Of a DNA stretch of 64,000 bases, positions 17,605 to 26,678 are shown piece after piece. How positions within the stretch are numbered: position 1 is the stretch's first letter; the number at the start of each line of letters is the position of its first letter. The notes below the pieces were generated by a model that saw only the letters and a program-made list of their open reading frames with translations, was not told where the DNA came from and searched no databases. The DNA is from an uncultured delta proteobacterium (GTDB taxonomy: Bacteria; Myxococcota_A; UBA9160; SMWR01), in the NCBI GenBank assembly GCA_963832165.1, contig CAWHTE010000001.1:128001-192000 (forward strand), read 5' to 3'. A program made the translations under genes and the position numbers.

Positions 17605-20600
17605 CTAGTCCCGCACCGCGTCCTTGCGCAGCGAGAACACCTCGTGCAGCTCCGCGTTGGAGAGCTCGGTGATCCACTGCTCGCCGGTGCCCACGATGTC
17701 CTCGGCGATCGATCTGCTTGCGCTCGATCATCTCGTCGATGCGCTCTTCGAGCGTTCCGACGCACACGAACTTGTGTACCTGCACGTTGCGCGTCTGGCC
17801 GATGCGGAACGCGCGGTCGGTGGCCTGGTTCTCGACGGCGGGGTTCCACCAGCGATCGAAGTGGAACACGTGGTTGGCGCCGGTCAGGTTGAGACCGAGG
17901 CCGCCCGCCTTGAGCGAGAGCACGAACACGGGCGGCGCATCCGAGCCGCCGGCCTGGAAGCGCTCGACCATCTGATCGCGTCGCTTCTTGGGCGTGCCGC
18001 CGTGCAGGAAGTACACCTCGCGACCGAGCTCGTCCTGCAGATGCTCCTGGAGCAGCTTGCCCATCTCGGCGAACTGCGTGAACACGAGCGTGCGATCGCC
18101 CGCGAGCGTGACCTCCTCGAGCATCTCGGAGAGGCGCGTGAGCTTGCCCGATCGCTTGGGCAGCTCGGAGCCGTCGCCGAGGAAGTGCGCCGGGTGGTTG
18201 CACACCTGCTTGAGCTTCACGAGCGTCGCGAGGATCACGCCGCGCCGCTCGATGCCCTCGGCGTCCTCGAGCTTGCGCTCCGCCTCCTTCACGACCTGCT
18301 CGTAGAGCGTGCCCTGCTCGCCCGTGAGCGTGCAGAACACCTTCATCTCGAGCTTGTCGGGCAGGTCGGAGATGATCGCGCGGTCGGTCTTCAGGCGGCG
18401 CATGATGAACGGCTTGGTGATGTGCGCGAGCTTCTCGACCGCGTCGGGATCGCGGTGGGCCTGGATCGGCACCAGGAAGTCGCGGCGGAACTGCTCCTGG
18501 CTGCCGAGGAAGTCGGGGTTCAGGAAGTCCATGATCGACCACAGGTCGCCCACGTGGTTCTCGACCGGCGTGCCCGTGAGCGCCGCGCGGTAGTCGGCCA
18601 TCACGGCGCGCACTGCCATCGACTGCTTCGTGTCCGGGTTCTTGATGTTCTGCGCCTCGTCGAGGATCACGCCCGCCCAGCGCATCGAGCGCAGGTCTTC
18701 GAGATCGCGCTGGACGAGCGCATAGCTCGTGAGCACGAGCGCGTGGTCCTGCGCATCGGAGACGAATTCGTAGCCCTTCTTCCGCTGCGGGCCGTGGTGG
18801 ATCATCGTGCGCAGGTCCGGCGTGAAGCGCGCGGCCTCGCGCTCCCAGTTCGCGAGCACCGAGGTGGGGCACACGAGCAGCACGGGGCGGTCCTCGCCGT
18901 TGTTCCGCTCGCGCTCGATCAGCGCGAGCGTCTGGATCGTCTTGCCGAGACCCATGTCGTCGGCGAGACAGGCGCCGAGCTCCCAGCGGCGCAGGAACTC
19001 GAGCCAGGCGAAGCCCTTCTCCTGATAGGGCCGCAGCGCGCCGATGAAACCGGGCGGTGTCGCGAGCGGCTCGATCGCGTTCTTGTCCGAGAGCCGCTCG
19101 AGCAGCGCGCCGAGCCAGCCCGTGGCCCGCACGCCCTCGAAGTGGATGCCCGCCGACGAGTCGGCGGCGCCGAGCGCCATGCGCACGATCTCGCGCGCGG
19201 TCACCTCGCCGCCGCGGCGGTTCTTGTAGAACTCGAGCGCTGCGTGGATCTCCTCGACGCTCGTCTGCACCCAGTGGCCGCGCACGCGCTGGAGCGGCTC
19301 CTTGAGGCGCGCGAGGTCCTCGAGGTCGCGGCCCGAGAGCGGGTTGCCCGCGAGACACACCTCCCAGTCGAACGCGACCGTTTCGTCGAGACGCGGCTCG
19401 TAGTCGAGCTCGGTCTGCTCGGGCGTGCGTACGCGCGCGCGCACCGAGAGCCGATGGCGCGTGCTGCCGCCGGTCCACCACTCGGGCAGGATCGTGCCGA
19501 AGCCCGCCTGCTCGAGCGCGGGCGCGGTCTGGGTCAGGAACTCGTGCGCGCCGCGCGCGTCGAGCGAATAACCCGACGGTTTGCGCGAGCGCAGGCTCAT
19601 CTCGATCTTCGGGCACACCCCGGCCGCCTGCGCGAGCGAGAGCAGGAGCGTCTGGTGCACGTCGCTGCCGGAGCGCTGCAGCGCGGCCGCCTTCCGGCCG
19701 CGCAGGATCCACGCGTCGGCGGTCGGCACGAGCAGCGACGGGTCGTCGGTGCCCTGGAGCAGGTAGCGCACGTACCAGCGGCGCTGACCCGGGCCGCATC
19801 GCCTCGCGCGTGCGCGCCTTGTTGTTGCGCTTGCCGTACGGTCGCTTGCCCCGCTGCGGCTCCTCGCGCGGCGGTGCGGGCTCCTCGAGCCGGAAGCAGA
19901 GCCGGAACGGCGCGCCGATCGTGACGTCGAGCGGCTTGCGCCACTCGCGGATCTGCTCGCTTGAGGTCTTCGAGCTCGGTGTCCTTGCCGCGCAGCACGG
20001 GCTGCTCGGCGCAGAGCGCCGCGAGCCAGCGGTCGTGCACCGTGGCGTCGGGCGCGTCCTCGCCCGCGAACAGGCTCGCGGAGACCGAGACGATGCCGTC
20101 TTCGGCCTCGGGCTCGCGGTGCGTGCGAACGATGTGGTCGACGAGCTGATCCACGAAGCGCTGCACGACCTTGACGCCGGGCCGTCTGCGGCGCGGCGGC
20201 GCCGTTCGTCACGAGCGCGCGCGCGGCTGCGGGCATCGCGCTCGCGAGGTCGTCGAGATAGCGCAGGTCGTCGGTGATCCAGACCGGCTTCCAGCACGCG
20301 AGCGAGCTTGCCTTCGGCGTCGACCTCGGTACCGGGCAGATAGCGCTGGCGCGCCACGAGCGACCCGGCGAGCCGCACCGCGCGGATCCAGAACCGCAGG
20401 TCGGGCCCGCCCACCACGCCGTGGAGCATCCCCCCGCGCTGCCCGTAGCCCGAGAGCAGATCGAGCGCCTCCGCGGTGGTGAGCGAGATGCCCTCCACGC
20501 GCCAGGGCGCGGCCGCGATCGGGTCGGTGGAGTCGGGCGCCTCGCCGATCAGCGCGCTCGAGGGCAGCGGGTGATCGCCGCGCGTGGGCAGCCAGGCCGT

Positions 20601-20804
20601 GGCCTCGGTCTTGCGGCGCGCAGTGGGCCGGAACGCGATCGGCAGATCGCGCGCGGCGCGCGTGACGGCCTCGGCCCCGGCGTCGTAGGGGTAGGGCGCC
20701 GGGCGCTCGCCGCGGCGGCCCTTGCTCGATGCGGCGCCCTCGGCCGGCGACTCTCCCCAGAGGAAGAGCGCGTCGTCTAGGAGCGCGCCGTGCAGGATGA
20801 TCAT
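17605..20804 (-). CDS. SNF2-family (DEAD/DEAH-box) helicase, reading frame broken by about 5 indels
   Basis: LRPYQ, LADDMGLGKT, DEAQ, LTGTP.EN, SLKAGG.GLNL, QATDRAFRIGQ. Homologous sequence switches frame near 20300, 20180, 19960, 19790 and 17712. Confidence 0.88.
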
Positions 20805-21220
20805 TGCGCTTTGTGTTCTCGCGTCTTACGCGGGGCGCGGTGTTGGCGCCCGGACTAGCGGCGTGTCGTTCGTTCCCGCCGCGGCGGCTCAATCCGCCCA
20901 GCGGGACCGCGCGGTGGCTGTACGCCCATCAGCTCGTTCCGCTCTACCAGCGTCATCAGCTTTGGCATCACTTTCGCACGGGTTGCCCGCGCGGTGATGC
21001 ATGCTCACCTAATAGTGACCTACTGCGAGGACCTGGGGCCTCGAGCGCCGACTGTCAAGTAACAGCCATCTGCCAGCGCCTGCGGAGGGTGCAGACCGCG
21101 CTCGTCGTATCCTCGCCCTACTGGGGGGAGTGAACACGATCGGGGTGCGATTCCGCAAGCCCCTTTTTTTCAGTCTTTCGGCCGCGTGCCGCGGCTTCTG
21201 TACCGGCAAAACGGTGAATT

Positions 21221-21772
21221 TCAGGCCGGGTCGTCCTCCAGCAGGCGCTCCAGCCGCGCGCGCGCGCGATCGAACGGATCGCGCGCCGGCTCGCCCGGTT
21301 GCTGCGCGGCCCCGCCGATCAGGAAATAGCCGCTCTGCACCAGGAAGTAGCCCCAGACCGCGAGACACAGCGCGAAGAGACCCCCGCGCGCAGCGAAATC
21401 CGCAGCGGCGAGCCCGGCCACGCCCAGCATCGCCTCGATCGCGAACGCCCGCAGCGTGCGCGTCTCGGGAAGCAGGACACCTCGCGCGAACGCGACGATG
21501 CCCGCCGCACCCACTGCGGTGGTTTGCAGGTCGAACGGCAGCAGTGCGAGCAGCGTTCCCGCGAGCGCAGCGAATGCGAGCGCGGCGACGCGGCGGCTGC
21601 GATCTCCGCACAGGCCGATCGCATAGAGGCCGGCCGCCGCGATCACGTACAGCCGCGCCGCGCCCTCGCCGCCGAATAGCGCGCCCGCGAACGTCACGGC
21701 CACGGGCAGGCCCGCCGCTGCGAGCGCGGCGAACGCGAGCGATCGCGCGAAGCTGTCCCAGCGCAACATCAC
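21221..21772 (-). CDS. Hypothetical multi-pass membrane protein
   Basis: Several hydrophobic helices and a DPFDRARARLERLL tail; overlaps the pspA stop. Confidence 0.7.
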   Translation of the reverse strand: MMLRWDSFARSLAFAALAAAGLPVAVTFAGALFGGEGAARLYVIAAAGLYAIGLCGDRSRRVAALAFAALAGTLLALLPFDLQTTAVGAAGIVAFARGVLLPETRTLRAFAIEAMLGVAGLAAADFAARGGLFALCLAVWGYFLVQSGYFLIGGAAQQPGEPARDPFDRARARLERLLEDDPA

Positions 21773-22350
21773 CGGCCCTCCTTATGGTCTTCGCTCGCCT
21801 GCGGCTCGCTGCGCGAAACTTGCTCTTGCGCGTGCGCGACCTGGCGGCGCATGAGCTCGAGCTCGACCTCCTCGTCCGCGGCCGGAGCCGGGCGCGCGAA
21901 CGCGTCACCACCCGCATAGCGAGCGGCGGCGATGCGCGTGCGCACCTGGGCGCCGAGCTCCTCGAACTGGCGCTCCTGCACCGCGAGCGTCTCGGCGAGC
22001 CGAGCGCGTTCCTGCTCGAGCTCGGCGGTGCGCCGGCGCGCGGCTTCGGCCGCGCGTCGCATCGGCAGGAGCTTGCGCACCGAGAAGCGCGCGAGGTCCT
22101 CCTTGCCGCCCGCGATCGCGAGCTCGACGTCGGAATCGAGCGATGTGATCTCGCGCTCGAGCTGGTTCGCCTCTTCTCCGATCCGGCGCGACTCCTCGGC
22201 GCACGCGTGGATCTGTGCGCGCTTGCGATCGAGCTCGAGCTCGGCCTCGCGCAGGTGCTGCTTCGCGAGCAGCGTGCGCTCTTCGAGCTGTTCGAGCACG
22301 CCATGGGCGTCGGCTTTGAGCAGCAGGGTCAGTCGGTCGATGAACTTCAC
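21769..22350 (-). CDS. PspA/IM30 family protein
   Basis: F.DRL..L.KA..H..LE.LE, long coiled coil, G.EDLAR and V..EL motifs; RBS AAGGAG upstream of GTG. Confidence 0.85.
   Translation of the reverse strand: MKFIDRLTLLLKADAHGVLEQLEERTLLAKQHLREAELELDRKRAQIHACAEESRRIGEEANQLEREITSLDSDVELAIAGGKEDLARFSVRKLLPMRRAAEAARRRTAELEQERARLAETLAVQERQFEELGAQVRTRIAAARYAGGDAFARPAPAADEEVELELMRRQVAHAQEQVSRSEPQASEDHKEGR
21789..21823. repeat. REP-like repeat, 35-bp copy identical to 22409-22443, inside the pspA 3' end
   Basis: CTTCGCTCGCCTGCGGCTCGCTGCGCGAAACTTGC is present at both positions. Confidence 0.9.
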
Positions 22351-22370
22351 GGTCTACTCCTTGGATGTAA

Positions 22371-22477
22371 ATCCACCTGTTCGATCTTCGCTCGGCCCAC
22401 CTCATGGGCTTCGCTCGCCTGCGGCTCGCTGCGCGAAACTTGCAGCTCGCTGCGCGCCGGCCTGCGGCCGGCTTGCC
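22371..22477. repeat. Nested REP-like repeat (outer copy interrupted by an inner copy at 22409-22443)
   Basis: The outer arms ATCCACCTgTtCGATCTTCGCTCG and CTCGCTGCGCG-hairpin-CTTGCC match 48384-48444. Confidence 0.85.
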
Positions 22478-23898
22478 TACTTCTTGGCGCCGGCGCGCTG
22501 GTCGTCTCGCCCGCGCTCGAGCAGCTCCTTGCCGAGCCGGCTCGCGCCTTCGGGTGCGGCCGCGGCGGGAGCGCTCACCTGCGCACTCAGGTCGTCGAGC
22601 GCGCGCGACACGCCGCCGTCGATGTAGCCGAGCGAGCGCAGCTGCTCGAGCTCTTTGTCCGCGCGGAACGCCCGCACCTCGTTCACGGCGTCCGCCTGCT
22701 GCCCGGCCGCGACCTTGCGCGCGACGCGCTGCTTCAGCTCGCCGAGTGAATCGGTGCGATTGGCGCGGTTGTAGTGCTCGGCGTCGAACGACGCGGTGTA
22801 GGCGGCGTCGTCCGCCACGCAGCGGAGCGCGGGCAGCGCTGCGAGCTCGACGCGCTCGCGCTCGCCGCCGAGCGACCCGAATTCGACCGCCGCGCTGCCG
22901 AGCGCCACCGCGCCGGCCGCGCCCGTGGGCGCGTGCAGCGTGATCCACACGCGGCGCTCCTGGCCCGCGAACAGGTCGCCGGGGTGGAACATCACGGAGC
23001 CGTCCGACGTGGTTTCGAGCGGATAGCCGCCCGCGGACGCCACGCGCACACCGGCACCCGGCGCGATCCGCACCGCGAGACCGCGCGCGACCGTCTCGCG
23101 CGCGGCTGCGAACTCGCCCGCGAACACGCCCGCGAGCCGCGTCGCGTCGGGCAGGTAGTGGAAGTTGCCGCCGCCCGCGTCTGCGAGCGTGCTCATCACG
23201 TTCTCGTCGAAGCCATCGCCGATTCCGACCGCCGACAGCACGTACTCGCGTTCGCGGGCGCGGCCTGCGCGCGCCCGCAGGCCGTCGAGGCTCCAGTCGC
23301 CCTCGTTCGCGTGCCCGTCCGAGAGCACGACGAGCCGCCCGGCCGAGCCCGCGCGGACTGCGTCCGCGAGCACATCGTGGCCGAGGTCGATCCCCGCCGA
23401 CATCGCCGTGCCGCCGTCCGCCAGGGTCGCGCCGATCACCCGGCTCCAGCGCTCGCGCGCCGCGCCGGTCGCGGTCTCGAGCGGGACATCGACGCGCGCG
23501 TCCGATGCATAGCTCACGAGCGCGAAGCGATCGCCGTCCGCGAGACCGCCCACGAGCTCGCGCAACGCCGCGGCCGCGGTGCCGATCGGCTCGCCTCTCA
23601 TCGAGCCCGATCGGTCGAGCACCACCACGAGATCGGTCGGGACGCGCACTGCGCTGGTGCCCTGGCCGCCGCGCAGCACCAGCTCCATGCGCACGAGCCC
23701 GTCTCCGCCGCGCAGCACCGCACTGCGGTCGAGCCCGGCCGTGAGAGAGAGGGCGGTCTTGCCGAGTGCGACGTGCGGCAGTGTCGGCTCCGGCGCGCCG
23801 ATGCGGCGCGCGGCCGCGCCGAATGCGACGGTTCCGGCGAGCAGCAGGCCGAAGATCAGCGCGCGATGGAGCGAGGGGCGGGGAGTCGAGCCGGTCAT
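22477..23898 (-). CDS. von Willebrand factor A (MIDAS) domain protein with N-terminal signal/anchor (YfbK-like)
   Basis: DLVVVLDRSGSM, GGT.M..G, VLSDGHAN, GGGNFHY; hydrophobic N-terminus. Confidence 0.87.
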   Translation of the reverse strand: MTGSTPRPSLHRALIFGLLLAGTVAFGAAARRIGAPEPTLPHVALGKTALSLTAGLDRSAVLRGGDGLVRMELVLRGGQGTSAVRVPTDLVVVLDRSGSMRGEPIGTAAAALRELVGGLADGDRFALVSYASDARVDVPLETATGAARERWSRVIGATLADGGTAMSAGIDLGHDVLADAVRAGSAGRLVVLSDGHANEGDWSLDGLRARAGRAREREYVLSAVGIGDGFDENVMSTLADAGGGNFHYLPDATRLAGVFAGEFAAARETVARGLAVRIAPGAGVRVASAGGYPLETTSDGSVMFHPGDLFAGQERRVWITLHAPTGAAGAVALGSAAVEFGSLGGERERVELAALPALRCVADDAAYTASFDAEHYNRANRTDSLGELKQRVARKVAAGQQADAVNEVRAFRADKELEQLRSLGYIDGGVSRALDDLSAQVSAPAAAAPEGASRLGKELLERGRDDQRAGAKK

Positions 23899-23953
23899 GG
23901 GATTCTCCTTGCGACTTCGCGAGCGAGTGTCTCCCGCGGCCGGGTCCGGCGCC

Positions 23954-24000
23954 GTCAAAGCGCGGTAAAGTCGCGCGCGCGCGCTTTACATTGGCTTTAC
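23954..24000. promoter_or_regulatory. Paired CTTTAC/GTAAAG boxes, candidate response-regulator binding sites
   Basis: GTCAAAG(23954), GTAAAG(23965), CTTTAC(23984), CTTTAC(23995); about one helical turn spacing, located between divergent operons. Confidence 0.6.
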
Positions 24001-24036
24001 GGCGCGCGTCCGCGTGCCGATCTAGGCTCGAGTGCG

Positions 24037-24738
24037 ATGTCGGTGAACGCCAAAACCGCAGTGCTGGTCGTGGAGGACGAGGAGTCGATCCGCCGCGGCC
24101 TGTGCGACGTGCTCGCCTATCGCGGCTATGCGCCCGAGGGCGTCGAGCGCGGAGACGACGGCCTGCGCCGCGGGCTCTCGCGCGAGCACGCGCTGGTGCT
24201 GCTCGACGTGATGTTGCCGGGCAAGAACGGGTTCGACGTCTGCCGCGAGCTGCGCGGTGCGCTGCCGCAGCTGCCGATCCTCATGCTCACCGCACGCGGC
24301 GCCGAGCAGGACGTGCTCGACGGGTTTCGCGCAGGCGCCGACGACTACGTCACCAAGCCGTTCTCGGTCGCGGAGCTGATCGCGCGGATCGAGGCGCTTT
24401 TGCGGCGTTCGGGCGCCGCAGCGCCCGAGCAGGACGCGCCGCCGTTCGCGTTCGGCCCGTGGCAGATCGACCGCCAGATGCGCGTCGCGCGGCGCGACGC
24501 GGAGAGCATCGAGCTCACCGCGCTCGAGGCCGGGCTCGCGGCACTGTTCGCGCGCGAGCCCGGGCGGATCCTCTCGCGGCGGCGCCTGCTCCGCGAAGTC
24601 TGGGACGTGGCGAATCCCGAGCGGATCGAGACGCGCACGGTCGACATGCACGTGGCGAAGCTGCGCAAGAAGCTCGGCGCGTCCGGAGACGCGCTGATCC
24701 AGACCGTGCGCGGCGAGGGATACCGGTTCTCGTCATGA
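24037..24738 (+). CDS. OmpR/PhoB family response regulator
   Basis: VLVVEDE, LLDVMLP, GADDYVTKPF, RTVDMHV.KLRKKL, TVRGEGYRF. Confidence 0.95.
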   Translation: MSVNAKTAVLVVEDEESIRRGLCDVLAYRGYAPEGVERGDDGLRRGLSREHALVLLDVMLPGKNGFDVCRELRGALPQLPILMLTARGAEQDVLDGFRAGADDYVTKPFSVAELIARIEALLRRSGAAAPEQDAPPFAFGPWQIDRQMRVARRDAESIELTALEAGLAALFAREPGRILSRRRLLREVWDVANPERIETRTVDMHVAKLRKKLGASGDALIQTVRGEGYRFSS

Positions 24739-26675
24739 GGCGGATCCGGATCGCGCTGCTGTTCTCGTCGCTGGCCGCGCTGGGTCTCGTGGCGCTGCTC
24801 GCGTGGCGCGCGAATCAGGGCCTCGCGGCCGAGCGCGCCGTGCGCCATCAGGCGGTGGCAGAGCGCGCGTTCGAGGAGATGGAGCGCGCGCTCTCGGAGT
24901 TCCTCGCGCGCGAAGAGGCGCGCCCCTTCGACCACTACGCCTACACCTCGCCCGTCTCCGGAGAGCGCTCTCCGCTGGCATCGGGACTCGAGCCGTTCGT
25001 GATCGGCGCGTTCCAGGTCGATCCCGAGAGCGCCTTCACGACGCCGCTCGAGCCCGGGGACGTCGCGGTCGCACGCGTGCGCTCGGTGGTCGACGGCTTG
25101 TGGGCGCGCAGCGACAAGGACGATCTCTCGCGCGCACACAACGAGCTCGGCAAGCTCCGGTCGCTCGGCTACGTCGATGGCGGCGTCCGCGCCGACGAGA
25201 GCGCGGATCAAGCGCGCCAGGCGCCCGGCACGACGCGTGCGCTCTCGGGGCCCGACGCGAAACCAGCACCCGCGATCGCTCCGCAGCAGGAGCTCCGCGA
25301 CGCCACGCGCGAGCGCGAGGAGATCGGCGCGTTCGACGCGCTGCAGAGCTTGAATCGCGCCGCCGACGACCGCGCCGAGCGCAAGCAGAAGGTGGCGCGC
25401 GTGTCGCCGAAGGAGGTCTACGGCGCGAGCGCAGCGGAGTCGGACGCGCTGAGCGCCGCGAAGCCCGCGGCTCCGCCCGCACCGCTCGGCGAGTCGTTCG
25501 CCGCGGAGCCGGTTCCCGAAGCGAGCGCGGTGGCGCGGCTTTCGGCCGCGAAGGCGTACGAGAGTCCGCGCGCTGCGCAGCTCCGGATCGCGTTCGACCC
25601 GATGGTCGGTGTGGCCGCGGGCGATGCGCTCGTGGTCTACCGCACCGTGATCGTCGATCAGCGCGGCTATCGCCAGGGCCTCGTGCTCGACCGCGCGGCG
25701 CTCGGCGCATGGCTCGAGGACCGCGTGATCCGCTCGAGCGGGCTCACGCGTGTGGCGCAGCTCGCGTTCGGCGGCAGCCCGGACGCTCCTGCGCCCGACG
25801 GCCGTTATGTCTTCGCGCACCGCTTCGCCGAGCCGTTCGACGACCTGCACGCGACGCTCGCGCTCGCGGCGCTGCCGGGCCGCGAGTCGCCGGGCGCGCT
25901 CTACGCACTCGCGGGGGTGCTGCTCGCGCTCGGCGCGGCGGGTCTCTACGCCGTGCACCGGACCGCAGCCGTGGTGATGCATTACGCCGAGCGCCGCAGC
26001 AACTTCGCCGCAGCCGTCACCCACGAGCTCAAGACACCGCTCACGGCGATCCGCATGTACGCGGAGATGCTGCGCGACGGCCTCGTGGCCAGCGAGGCGA
26101 AGCGCCAGGAGTACTACGCGACGATCACGGGCGAGTCGGAGCGCTTGTCGCGGCTCGTCGACAACGTGCTCGAGTTCTCGAAGCTCGAGGGCGGGCGCCG
26201 CGACCTCGCGATCGCGGTCGGGATGGTGGGCCCCGTGCTCACGGACGCGGCCGAGAAGCTCGCGCCGCACGCGGCTCGCGAAGGCTTCTCGCTCGCGGTG
26301 CGCGTCGAGGACGATCTGCCCGCAGTGCGATTCGACCGCGACGCCCTGCTCCAGGTGCTGTTCAACCTCGTCGACAACGCGATGAAGTACGCGAAGGGCT
26401 CGGATCGGCGCACGGTCGAGCTCGAGGCGCGCCGCGATGGCGAGGCCGTCACGGTGGCGGTGCGCGACTTCGGCCCCGGTGTCGCGCGCGGGCAGCTCGA
26501 GCGCGTATTCGAGCCGTTCTACCGCGTCGAGTCGGAGCTCACGCGCACGACCAAGGGCACCGGCATCGGTCTCGCACTCGTGAAGGAGCTCGCCGAGCGG
26601 ATGGGCGCGGCCGTTTCGGGCGCCAACGCCGACGGCGGCGGCTTCCGCGTGCGCCTCGCGTTCCCGGTGGCCTGA
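24735..26675 (+). CDS. Sensor histidine kinase
   Basis: Two TM segments flank a large extracytoplasmic region; THELKTPLT, NLVDNAMKY, DFGPG, FEPFYR, GTGIGL. Confidence 0.95.
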   Translation: MRRIRIALLFSSLAALGLVALLAWRANQGLAAERAVRHQAVAERAFEEMERALSEFLAREEARPFDHYAYTSPVSGERSPLASGLEPFVIGAFQVDPESAFTTPLEPGDVAVARVRSVVDGLWARSDKDDLSRAHNELGKLRSLGYVDGGVRADESADQARQAPGTTRALSGPDAKPAPAIAPQQELRDATREREEIGAFDALQSLNRAADDRAERKQKVARVSPKEVYGASAAESDALSAAKPAAPPAPLGESFAAEPVPEASAVARLSAAKAYESPRAAQLRIAFDPMVGVAAGDALVVYRTVIVDQRGYRQGLVLDRAALGAWLEDRVIRSSGLTRVAQLAFGGSPDAPAPDGRYVFAHRFAEPFDDLHATLALAALPGRESPGALYALAGVLLALGAAGLYAVHRTAAVVMHYAERRSNFAAAVTHELKTPLTAIRMYAEMLRDGLVASEAKRQEYYATITGESERLSRLVDNVLEFSKLEGGRRDLAIAVGMVGPVLTDAAEKLAPHAAREGFSLAVRVEDDLPAVRFDRDALLQVLFNLVDNAMKYAKGSDRRTVELEARRDGEAVTVAVRDFGPGVARGQLERVFEPFYRVESELTRTTKGTGIGLALVKELAERMGAAVSGANADGGGFRVRLAFPVA

Positions 26676-26678
26676 CGC

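Noticed and set aside
16277..20236. 1319-aa ORF suggesting a SNF2-SWIM fusion
   Set aside because: The helicase C-terminus (IAEDIVGTGEQWITELS...) continues in another frame to a stop at 17605; the apparent fusion results from an indel near 17712.
20930..20990. Hammerhead-like CTGATGA-stem-GAAC and c-di-GMP-I-like GGCAA...GAAA...CAAAGC
   Set aside because: The core reads GAAC rather than GAAA with no clear stems I/III, and the GEMM stem does not pair; no family assigned.
21789..22443. 35-bp direct repeats as a CRISPR array or attachment sites
   Set aside because: Only two identical copies 620 bp apart, no cas or integrase genes, and related copies occur elsewhere, so a dispersed repeat explains them.
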